From: Raillietiella orientalis
Lineage: Eukaryota
Reading direction: 5' to 3'
Assembly (NCBI GenBank): GCA_036172245.1
Contig: JAYWIR010000028.1
Location: forward strand, 1,054,001 to 1,118,000
Length of the DNA: 64,000 nt
The translations under genes and the position numbers were made by a program. This document shows, piece by piece, positions 38,101-46,870 of this stretch. Each line of letters begins with the position of its first letter. The first letter of the stretch is position 1. Below the pieces are notes generated by a model. It had not been told where the DNA came from and did no database searches. It was given only the letters and a program-made list of their open reading frames with translations.

Positions 38101-41100
38101 AAGATTCAAGAAATTAAAGTGAAATCAAGGAGAAACATTTTGGACTCTCTCGGGGTCCTCTAGGGATGATGTCCTTCGATCCTTGGCGTTGTGTGTTTTA
38201 AACGCGATTATCTAGAAACAGAAATTGTCCGGATGCAATACGTTACGTGCACACGGAATCCCCATTGGTGCCCAGGGCCCTAGAGCAGACTTTTTGGAGG
38301 CCGCACACTAGTTTCCAGATTAGTGTGGCAGCGGCAACTCACCTCTTCATATCTCTGACGTCTTCAGAAATCTGAAAAACAGATATCTTTCAAATTTCAT
38401 ATTTCGTGGCGAAGATATGGGATGTCTGGATAAGAACTGAACTTAAAAGGGACAATCGCAGCTTCCTCCTGCAGATCGCTGCAATGAAGGAAGAGATGGT
38501 TTGTTGCATCCCATTTGCGCTTCACACGCTGATGCGGGCTTTGCAGCATCCTGCACTTGTTCGTAATCATTGATCAGTCATTGAGTGCGCTATGACTGCT
38601 CTCAGTTCATCGTTACGATTCTCCTTTTCCGGAATACCAAATTGCTGTGGACTACTCCAGACATTTCCTTGTGTGATGGATGAAGAGTAGAAAGCTGCTG
38701 AACGTGGACCGGAATAGGGAATAACCTCGGAAGAATTCGTGAATGCTCTGCGAGTAAGCGCTCCTCATGAGCACCACAAACGATACGAAAATGACACAAA
38801 CAGCATAAAAACATATGAGTACAACAAACAATAAATGAAAGCAAATTGACCTCATGAATTGTATGAAGAATGTATTTCTTTATTCAATGTCTTTGCAATA
38901 GAAAAAATCCCGTCTGCAATGATATCAAAATGTGACTCGTGTTACTCGTCTCCCTGCACGCATGGCTCCACGTGCGTTGCCAGGGACTCCAAGGAATACG
39001 AGTGCAAGTGCTCCCCTGGATACCACGGCCCTAGATGCGAATTTCAAATAGATGCCTGCTATGGAAACCCTTGCCAAAACCAAGGCACGTGCGTCATTTT
39101 GGAAGAAGGCAGATTCAGGTAACTAGATGAATAAGAGAACAAACGAGATGGCTTCTCCTTTGAAATCATCTTCTGACAATGATCTTCCAAGTTGCAAGTG
39201 CCTGGAAGGATTCGACGGTTATAGATGCGAGCACAACATTGACGAATGCATCCACCACCAGTGCCAGAACAACGCCACCTGCGTGGACATGGTGGCCTCG
39301 TACTCTTGCGCGTGCAGCCCGGGTTTCACCGGTCGGTTCACGGAGCGAAAGGGTGTGAATGGGCTGACCCAAGTCCTGCTAGGTTCACGGTGCGAAGTCG
39401 CGGTCCCCATCTGCAGCAGGGACTACAATCCTTGCAAGAACGGAGCCAGATGCGTCGTGCGGGAAACGGGTTACAAGTGCGAGTGCGCTCCTGGTTTCGA
39501 GGGGCTCAACTGCGCCACGAACGTGGATGACTGCGCGAATCATCTTTGTCAGGTGAGGGTGCATCCTGCCTCCCGATCGTGCCATGCAGGGTTTTCTTCT
39601 TTTTTTTCTTTTTTTTTTTTGTGTGTGTCTCAGAATAATGGTGCTTGTGTTGACCAAGTCAACGGTTACGAATGCCAGTGTCCTGAGAATGTTTCTGGAA
39701 AATTCTGCGAGATAGCACCCCTGGCTTCTTCGTTGATGTACCCTAGGACCTCTCCGTGCGAGCACCATGATTGCCAGAATGGTACCTGCTTCCAGCCAGA
39801 TGGTTCCCTAGGTGATTATGTATGCAAATGTTACCCAGGCTTCACAGGTATTGAATTTCATTTCCCTAGTGATGCATGAGAGACTGTCATTATTAGTAGT
39901 TGCTATCTATTTCCGCTTTTTTGCCTTTTTGGCTGTTTGACTTTTTACAGGAAAGCGTTGCGAATTTCTGACCACCGCCAGTTTCACGGACAGCAACTCT
40001 TTCCTTCAGCTGGAACCTTTGCAACCTTACCCCGATGCCAACGTAACTATAGTATTTACAACTTACGCTACTTCTGGTGTTTTGCTTTACACTGGAGAAA
40101 GTCAGCACTTGGCGGTTGAACTCTTCCATGGTCGCCTTAGGATCAGTTACGACGTAGGGAACGAACCAGTGTCAACAATGTTCAGGTTTGATGATGATGA
40201 TGATTGATTTTTTTTTTTTTTTTGCTTTCGATTCCTGACCGTTTTTCTGCATGTGTAGCTTCGAAACGGTTTCTGATGGCCTCCGGCATGTCGTTCAACT
40301 CCTGCTGGTCAAGCAAAACTTCACCTTGGTCGTGGATGACGGTGTCGCGCGCAGCATTGTCAACAACGGGGTCAAGGAGTTTCTCAACGTCAGCACGCCG
40401 TTGTTTATCGGAGGAGTGCCCCTGTCAGTAGGGGAAAAGGCCGTTTCCAGATGGCATCTGAATAACTTGACCAGCTTCCAAGGTAGGACCACACGTCTGC
40501 TCTCGCGGATGTTGCGATTTGCGCGAGGCGGAAGCTTCGAGCTCGTTTTCTCTCGCTGCGACCGCGAAACTATGACTTTTTGTGTGAAACGCTGCCGATC
40601 TTATCAGCGTCCAAGCAAAAGAAATGGGACCAGAGCGCGACCGTCATCTCGCGATGCTGCCCAGCGCTTCGTAGAGCTTGCACCGACTCTGAAGAAGTTC
40701 AGGGAGAAAGGCGAGGCAAGGAGGGACGATCCTTCCACTTCACGAGACCGCTCGTTTCCTAGGGGAAAAGTTCGTCTTGAAACACACATCGTCTCGATCG
40801 GAGATGTAATCTTCGATTCAGAAGATAACGCCATCTTGGTGTAAAATCTACGATACGGAAGAGGGGAAAATCGAGATGCCAAAATCGGCATGGAAGAACG
40901 TACCGAATCCCCTTATCGAAACCGGGTTCATGAAGTAGACCTCTCAAAGCTCAGTCATGAGGGTCAAGGTGGTTACAGCAGCACCGAAAAAAGAAGTCCT
41001 TTTCCTTTTTTTGTTTTGAATACAGCCTTCCCTGTTGGTAATAGAAAAAGTCAAATAAGTCGACTGGGGTAGAATATTTCAATTCTCAGAAAGGGAAGAC

Positions 41101-44100
41101 CACGCAGAAACGCTTTTCTGCGTGGTCTTCCCATCTTGGAAGGGAAGAGGTTTGAAAAGAGAACGAAGCTGAACGGCAGCCATAAGTTTCACATTTAAGC
41201 ACTGGGTCGCCTATTGTGCGTGAATGTATTGTGATCTGATGCTGTGGTATCGTGACTGAGGTTACCATCCAAATGTTTACTATGATATGGAGGCGTCTCC
41301 ATATCGTGGTAAACATTCTGTGCATCAGGAATGATGCTGTTGGATTCCGGATTTCCATGTGGGTTTTTGGAACACATAAAAGCAAAGAAACACTCCACTA
41401 ATTTTTTTTTTTTTTTTTTTCCCTGCTGATTTTGTGGTTCACGAAGCACAAGAGCACCTAACAGATTTAGAAACATTCGTTCCTCTGATATGCCTATCTG
41501 CCGGTTTCCCGCTTCTCGTGGGTGCCTTGTGATCAGCTTGGCAACCACAATGGATCAAAGTGTGCCGCTCCTGGTGATACCGAAATGCTCAAAAGCAAAA
41601 GCAATTTTTAGAGGCGAAAGAGAAACAGCTCTCTCAGCTTTCCCACAATAATGAGCCAGTTTGAGTCAGAGTGGAATGATCCAGTGGCGGACAAATGGAT
41701 CGCCGGAAACTTCAGGATTTTCGTGCGTACTTGGGCGCATCCCCAGGGAACGTATGGAGGTCGGTGAGATGCATCATCTTGAGACTGCTAAAGAAAGTCT
41801 GGAGGATTCACACAGCGGTTTTCGACTGCTGGAGTTTTCGCGATCGAGAAAGAGATGCACCCATCCTAGTAGAGCAACCGACGAGCTGAGTCCCCTAAGA
41901 AGCTGAAGAGGAACGGGTGGTGCTAGAAACCTTCCTATCATGAAGATGCTTGGAGCGCGTTGCCGTACTCAAACGGAAGGAAAGGAAGAGCGTGCGTGCA
42001 TGGAAAGGAAAAAATGAGGCCGTGGAATCTCTTCCTCTTAGTAATCGGATTCTTCTGTGACCGTCTCGATTTTTGCTTATTCTTTGGCAGCCACGATCAG
42101 ATAACCTCATAAAAGCGCGCGCCGCGTTTCGGCCTTTGCAGGACGGAAAATACGATCGCCCAATCTGGAGTTGTTCATCGAGGCAGCAATAGGGCACACG
42201 CACAAGAAACAAAAAAAAAAAATAGAGAAAGTTTTCCGAACTAGTCGAAGGGCGTTGAAAGCTGTTGGTGATTAGCACGAGCCCAACGAGATTCTGGTTC
42301 GTTATCTCGTAAGGCTCAAGAGAAGAACTCAGCTGATGAGACGTAGGAAACACGGAAGCAGCCATGGTTCATTTTTTACAGAAGAACGATGCCGACGTCG
42401 TGATCCTTAGGGAGCGAATGCACAAGGAATGGCAGGCGGAAGCAAGCAGACCTACCAGATCTATTGCGAACGGATGGATAAGATGGAAGTCGATTGGAGG
42501 AATCATTTTTTTCGGTTTCTCGAGGTCCCCCAAGACTTGAGAATACCAGTTTTGTCCCTAAGGAGGGAAGAAGAACTCGAGTGAGTGAATCAGATCGAGC
42601 GCGATTTAGAAGAGCAGAGAGAAAGACCGGGATGGCTTCCAAAGAAAGACGAGAGGAAGAATAATGTAATCAGTTGAAAATCTCCAGGCTTCGAGAACCT
42701 GGAGATGAGGTGTGGATCCATGTTCGTTTTCTGCAATGATGCCGTACGTGTTATTCTGCACTTGACCTGTTCATGATAACTCCCATAGAACGAAGCGTTC
42801 GGATGGGACAGTGGATATCTCTGACGTAAGGGTGCTGATTGAGCCGAAGATTCGCTTGCAAAGAACGAAATCACGGTTTCCGATGTCGCTGAAAACTGCT
42901 TCATCCTGCTTTGGAAACCGTAAAGTTCATTCGATGAACGCATTGAAGCGGCATCCGACAACGAAGTGGAAGAAGTGAAGGTCACCTTTGATTCGCACCC
43001 GTTTTCTTCGGGGCGTTCACTGTAATCGACAAACACACAAAATTAGTAGGAGCGCAGGCCCCTCAGCAAGTCCTACTAAATGAAAAGCATCTTTAGTAAA
43101 ATCGGGATTTTTTTTTCCCCCCGCTTCGAACTCGACTGAACACTCCTCAAGTGACGCCCAACATCTGTTTGTACGTCTTCGCATAGCGGCACACCCAGAA
43201 AAATGCATCACCAGGAAACCCAAAGAAAGAAAACCGTAAGATTTCATCAAGGGAATTTGAGAACACCTAAAGCAAAGAGGGAAATAGTTTGGAAAGAAGA
43301 GTGTGGGTCCGTTCATGCTGAAAGGCGCACTGTGGAGAGGACACCGGGAAACCTGAAGAGTCTGAAGGGATACCGGCGTACCATCCATCAGTGTTAGTAG
43401 TAATTGAAGACAGCAGCAGACGACTGTATTGGGAGAAGGGAACATGAATACTGACTGTCGTCAGAAATCGATCTGAAACCCTCGTGCAAAGAGACCTTTT
43501 TTTTCTCAGACGCTCGCCAAACAGCACATTGACTGGGAATTGAGGGAGGAGTTCCTCGTTACTGAAGCTCCCTCGATGAAGAACAGGACAAAAGCGAATG
43601 GAAGGGGGGGTCTCTCTCGAAATCACTCGCGAGGCTTCCGAGGAAACGGAATGCCGGCCGAATTTCCAGCGGCATACCAGAAGATCCTGTTCTTCAGGAG
43701 AAATGAATCTGGATAAAAAAAAAAAAAAAAAAAATCAGGGATGGCCGTGAGAAAGACCGCGACGACCGTCAGAAATGAAGCATAAACAACGGGAAAGCGC
43801 ACTGCGCACACAAAACAGACAGAAGCGTATCCCGGTGAAGCAGTGTTCCAGTTTTGGGTCCCGCATTCTGGTCCCCTTCAACTGCAGAAACTCATGAGGA
43901 AAAGAAACAAGAGGCTTGTGGGGGGGAGGGGGATTTTCGTTAACGGGGAAGGAAGGAGGCTAAGAGCAGCACAAAGTCTCGAAGCAAACGAAGAGAATAC
44001 GACAGGCCACCAGCAAATAGCTAAGCTCCACCACACAAGGAGCCTTCGCAAAGAAAATGGACAGGCGGGGCACACGGAAGGGTTGAGGAAAGTTGGATCC

Positions 44101-44495
44101 GCAAAGCTCTCGAAAGAAGGAAAGATCATTTTCACTCGGAGAGTCAAGTGTTGTGGATGGCCTTTAGATAGACAAAAACGGATAATGCCAGGGAAGCGGA
44201 GCACGGATATAAACGAGTATCCATCGAGAAGGACCTGCGAAAATCAAGAGAATCTACGAAACTATCTAAAGGCCATCCACAACATCCACACGTGTTTGGT
44301 TTCCACAGAAATTCCCGACTTCCTCCCTTACTTTTACCACTTGGGTGCTTCACAGAAAGTCTCTTGTGGATTTTTGTGTGTGCTCGTTTAGAACCTTATT
44401 TTTTTTGGCCGGGAGTCGCCAGAGCCACACTATAACAGTAGATTCCACCTCTCATTTCTTGTACTCTCTCTATTAACTCATGCAGGTCGCATGTG

Positions 44496-44531
<36 letters not shown>

Positions 44532-46282
44532 CCTGATTGCAGTCCACGCTCTATCTCTGTATTCGATCGCGAAAAAGCTCGATAGATGTTTCCTTGTAGG
44601 TGCTTCCGGTGTTGTGGATGTTTTGGATTTGTTTAGAAATAATGTTTTTATAAAGGTGATTGCCACTTTAAGCATCGTTCCCGTGGCAGACTTATAAAGT
44701 GGATACCGCTCAACTCCTCTGTTTTCTCTGCATCCTAGATTGCTTCAGGGTCCAGCGATTCGATTGGTACTTTGTGGTCAATACGTGTGTTTTGGTCTTG
44801 ACTGAATGCACGAACGATCGGGTCACGTAAACGCGTGCACAAATCATTACGGAGCATGAAAAGCAAATTTCAAAAAATATTCGGATGAATTGATCCACAA
44901 CACTCAACTCTCTGAGTGAACCGATCTTTTCTTCTTCTTTCGTATCCCTTCTTTCTTTCAAGAGCTTTGCAGATAGAACTTTTCCTCAACTCTTCCGTGT
45001 GCCGTCTGTCAGTTCTGTTTGCGCAGGCTCCTTGTGTGGTGGAGCTTAGCTCTTTTCCGTTGGACCATCCTGTTTTCTTCGTTTACTTCGAGACTTTCTC
45101 TCCTATGTGTTTGGATCTCCTTCCTCGAGGACTTCGAATTTCCCGTTCTCTCTCTCTCTCTCTCTCTCTCTCGATGTTTCTCTCTCTCTTTTGTGGGTGC
45201 CCGGAAGACCACAGCAATTAGGTGTGTGTGCCGGTTGGATGGAGCTCAACTACACGCACTTCCGCAAGGTTTCCATGTTGACCATAGGGAAGCTGCACTT
45301 GCAAGAGATTCGAACTTTTTGTCTCAGCAGTTCGTGATTCTTTCGTAATGTTATGTCGAAAAAAATTTGCTGCTTCATTCGATACGGAGTGACCACTTCG
45401 CGCTACGCTTCGCCGCAAAACCAGGCTCGAGGGGGAAGGACGTTTCAAGTTGCTATGTAACGTAGCTTGCCATGGTAAATTGAGTCAAAATAAAGTACAA
45501 GCCGAAGTTTTGCAAAAAAATCATTACATTCGTCGTCGAATTCTTTTTCAAATCTCGCGTTCGTCTTTATCGAAATCTGCATCGGTTTGCATTGGAAAGT
45601 TTACCGATTTCATACCAAGGTCGTTGTTGTTACGAACCCATCTTTAGTCAGGGAAAGCTAATGTGGATTTTGTTTTGCACATTTCCTTCAGGATGCTTGG
45701 AACGCCTCATGATGAATCAGCACGTGGTGAACCTGGGATCGGTGGCGAAAGAGCACAAGGTGCATCCCGGATGCATCGAGAACGACGTGATGCCAGCGGG
45801 AAACTTCCATTACGAGGACGACATGGAAGTCGACGAACCGCCATCTTTGCAGGACGAAAAGCCGAAGGTCCCATACAAATCGGACCCCTGCGCCGACGCG
45901 AAATGCGAGAACGGAAGGTGCGTCCCGAGAAAGGATGGTCTCGATTTCCGATGCATTTGCAAAACGGGCTATGGAGGAAAGTATTGCAAAGGTAGAGAGA
46001 GAGATGCCTGCCGCCTACAGGTTTCAGAATCATCACGCGTTCTTCCTGCTTCCAGCTCCGACTTGTCAGAAGGAAAAGTACCGGGATCACTATTTGGAGA
46101 ACGGTTGTCGTAGCCGAAAACCCATCACGAGCGCACGATGTTTAGGCCCTTGCGGAAAAAACTGCTGCATGCCAAAGAAAATGAAAAGAAGACGGGTACG
46201 GTTCATATGCAACGATGGAACCAGCTACAAAAAAGAGATAGAAGTAGTGCGTAAATGCGGGTGTTCCAAAAAATGCTACTGA
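7966..46282 (+). CDS. slit: Slit axon-guidance ligand, 5'-partial, 26 exons in window
   Basis: join(7966-8101,11661-11732,15018-15089,15211-15282,15374-15445,22677-22748,24249-24400,24455-24605,24653-24799,26047-26118,26169-26240,30680-30843,31453-31585,31646-31717,31775-31846,32274-32345,32432-32503,34961-35124,38902-39118,39192-39331,39383-39552,39634-39847,39951-40185,40259-40482,45692-45991,46056-46282). All introns are GT-AG with compatible phases. The domain order LRR D2-D4, EGF1-6, LamG, EGF7, cystine knot ending [12 protein letters not shown] is diagnostic of protostome-type Slit. Confidence 0.97.
10209..10244. repeat. Perfect 36-bp palindrome in a slit intron
   Basis: CATGCACGATGGCAACCA|TGGTTGCCATCGTGCATG is its own reverse complement. 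Confidence 0.95.
11661..11732 (+). CDS. slit: slit exon w2: 72-nt LRR (D2)
   Basis: ttccag|[23 protein letters not shown]|gtaagt. Confidence 0.93.
14171..14340. repeat. Degenerate ~40-bp minisatellite, about 4 copies
   Basis: Units start near 14181, 14221, 14261 and 14301, each with a GGG(G/T)TC(C/T)CTTC(A/G)GAG-like core followed by a purine-rich stretch and (T/C)CCCT. Confidence 0.7.
15018..15089 (+). CDS. slit: slit exon w3: 72-nt LRR (D2)
   Basis: ttgcag|[23 protein letters not shown]|gtgagt. Confidence 0.93.
15211..15282 (+). CDS. slit: slit exon w4: 72-nt LRR (D2)
   Basis: ctgcag|[23 protein letters not shown]|gtaagt. Confidence 0.93.
15374..15445 (+). CDS. slit: slit exon w5: 72-nt LRR (D2)
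   Basis: tttcag|[23 protein letters not shown]|gtgagt. Confidence 0.93.
22677..22748 (+). CDS. slit: slit exon w6: 72-nt LRR (D2)
   Basis: ttccag|[23 protein letters not shown]|gtgagt. Confidence 0.93.
24249..24400 (+). CDS. slit: slit exon w7: LRRCT cap of D2
   Basis: [35 protein letters not shown]...FE|gtgggt; the donor of the 54-nt in-frame intron is inferred. Confidence 0.88.
24455..24605 (+). CDS. slit: slit exon w8: LRRNT cap of D3
   Basis: ggcag|[49 protein letters not shown]|gtgagt. Confidence 0.9.
24653..24799 (+). CDS. slit: slit exon w9: two LRRs (D3)
   Basis: cccag|[48 protein letters not shown]|gtatgt. Confidence 0.92.
26047..26118 (+). CDS. slit: slit exon w10: 72-nt LRR (D3)
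   Basis: ttgcag|[23 protein letters not shown]|gtaagc. Confidence 0.92.
26169..26240 (+). CDS. slit: slit exon w11: 72-nt LRR (D3)
   Basis: tttcag|[23 protein letters not shown]|gtaagt. Confidence 0.92.
29292..29648 (-). pseudogene. Inverted intronic copy (A') of slit 32328-32680: 3' end of exon w16, the intron, exon w17 and downstream intron
   Basis: The reverse complement reads RDLRIL...[23 protein letters not shown]. The w17 copy (29540-29469) is 70/72 identical and keeps AG/GTGAGT. The copied w16 donor has changed from GT to TT. Confidence 0.92.
30680..30843 (+). CDS. slit: slit exon w12: LRRCT cap of D3
   Basis: ttccag|[54 protein letters not shown]|gtaagt. Confidence 0.94.
31453..31585 (+). 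CDS. slit: slit exon w13: LRRNT cap of D4
   Basis: cccag|[43 protein letters not shown]|gtaagg; the acceptor is CAGAAG, so the start could be 31456. Confidence 0.92.
31646..31717 (+). CDS. slit: slit exon w14: 72-nt LRR (D4)
   Basis: cccag|[23 protein letters not shown]|gtgagt. Confidence 0.92.
31775..31846 (+). CDS. slit: slit exon w15: 72-nt LRR (D4)
   Basis: ttccag|[23 protein letters not shown]|gtgagt. Confidence 0.93.
32274..32345 (+). CDS. slit: slit exon w16: 72-nt LRR (D4)
   Basis: ttccag|[23 protein letters not shown]|gtacgt. Confidence 0.93.
32432..32503 (+). CDS. slit: slit exon w17: 72-nt LRR (D4)
   Basis: ccgtag|[23 protein letters not shown]|gtgagt. Confidence 0.93.
33515..33982 (-). 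pseudogene. Inverted intronic copy (B') of slit ~31670-32045: 3' part of exon w14, the intron, exon w15 and pyrimidine-rich intron
   Basis: The w15 copy (33890-33819) reads [23 protein letters not shown], is 66/72 identical and keeps AG/GTGAAT. The w14 copy has a +2 insertion. The left boundary is in low-complexity sequence and is approximate. Confidence 0.9.
34961..35124 (+). CDS. slit: slit exon w18: LRRCT cap of D4
   Basis: ttccag|[54 protein letters not shown]|gtgagc. Confidence 0.94.
38902..39118 (+). CDS. slit: slit exon w19: EGF1 and start of EGF2
   Basis: aatag|[24 protein letters not shown]...[28 protein letters not shown]...RF|gtaact. Confidence 0.93.
39192..39331 (+). CDS. slit: slit exon w20: end of EGF2 and EGF3
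   Basis: ccaag|[46 protein letters not shown]|gtcggt. Confidence 0.9.
39383..39552 (+). CDS. slit: slit exon w21: EGF4 and start of EGF5
   Basis: gctag|[23 protein letters not shown]...[23 protein letters not shown]|gtgagg. Confidence 0.91.
39634..39847 (+). CDS. slit: slit exon w22: EGF5, cleavage linker, EGF6
   Basis: ctcag|[16 protein letters not shown]...[22 protein letters not shown]...CKCYPGFT|gtattg. Confidence 0.93.
39951..40185 (+). CDS. slit: slit exon w23: laminin-G (ALPS) domain, part 1
   Basis: tacag|[11 protein letters not shown]...[37 protein letters not shown]|gtttga. Confidence 0.93.
40259..40482 (+). CDS. slit: slit exon w24: laminin-G domain, part 2
   Basis: tgtag|[37 protein letters not shown]...PLFIGGVP...[10 protein letters not shown]|gtagga. 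Confidence 0.93.
44149..44284. repeat. Perfect 23-bp inverted repeat with a 90-bp spacer (MITE-like or fold-back)
   Basis: TGTTGTGGATGGCCTTTAGATAG (44149-44171) versus CTATCTAAAGGCCATCCACAACA (44262-44284); no TSD seen. Confidence 0.88.
44498..44530. repeat. (TG)n microsatellite
   Basis: About 16 uninterrupted TG units. Confidence 0.95.
45147..45172. repeat. (TC)13 microsatellite
   Basis: Directly visible. Confidence 0.95.
45692..45991 (+). CDS. slit: slit exon w25: end of LamG, acidic linker, EGF7
   Basis: ttcag|[14 protein letters not shown]...HPGC...[13 protein letters not shown]...[13 protein letters not shown]|gtagag. Confidence 0.92.
46056..46282 (+). CDS. slit: slit terminal exon w26: C-terminal cystine knot
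   Basis: tccag|[22 protein letters not shown]...[39 protein letters not shown]. Confidence 0.94.
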
Positions 46283-46796
46283 CCGCACGGATTGCACAGT
46301 AAAGCATTGCAGCGTCTCCTCGTGCAAAAAAAAAAAAAACCTGCCACCAAGACTTGTGTCCTCCGACCGGCGAAAGTTCCACGAACAGAGAGTGCCATGG
46401 CGACAAAGGCCCCTTCTTACCCAGATGAGAGCTTGAGATGAAGTGCTGCATCCATCCCGCCTGCGCGTTGTGCCCGAGGCTTATCTGAAAGCTTCTGAAA
46501 CTGATCACGGAACGCTTCCCGCCGGGCAGCCCTTCAGAAGATGGACGGAAATGACGTTCGTTGAAAATCAGACCTGGAGCTTTTCGTTTCGAAATTCGGC
46601 TACCGACGTTCAAATCACCCTCTCGACGAAGAGTACCTTCTGTGGTGTTTTTGGTGCACAACTTTAGAGACTTTTTTTTTTTTTTTCCACTCTGCTGTTT
46701 CGAAATACTGATTCGCCTCTCTGCCGACTAAAGATTCCAATTAGCGCACAAGAGATGCTCTTGAACTGGAGGAGTGAATGCATGATTATCACATTT

Positions 46797-46870
46797 TGTA
46801 CATAATTTGTCTGCTGTTCCATATAATCCCTGCGACACGTTCAGATGATTGCATTTTTCACATGTACATA
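46797..46870 (+). promoter_or_regulatory. Two candidate Pumilio response elements in the putative slit 3' UTR
   Basis: TGTACATA at 46797-46804 and 46863-46870 match UGUAHAUA; the UTR extent is not known. Confidence 0.35.

Larger units (their letters stand above)
43973..45097. repeat. Intronic inverted repeat, arms 43973-44158 and 44893-45097
   Basis: Perfect 27-bp core AGCTAAGCTCCACCACACAAGGAGCCT (44019-44045) is the reverse complement of 45025-45051; the flanks are diverged but alignable. Confidence 0.9.

Noticed and set aside
44149..44284. Bona fide MITE call
   Set aside because: No TSD, and the left arm overlaps the larger inverted repeat; kept only as an inverted repeat.
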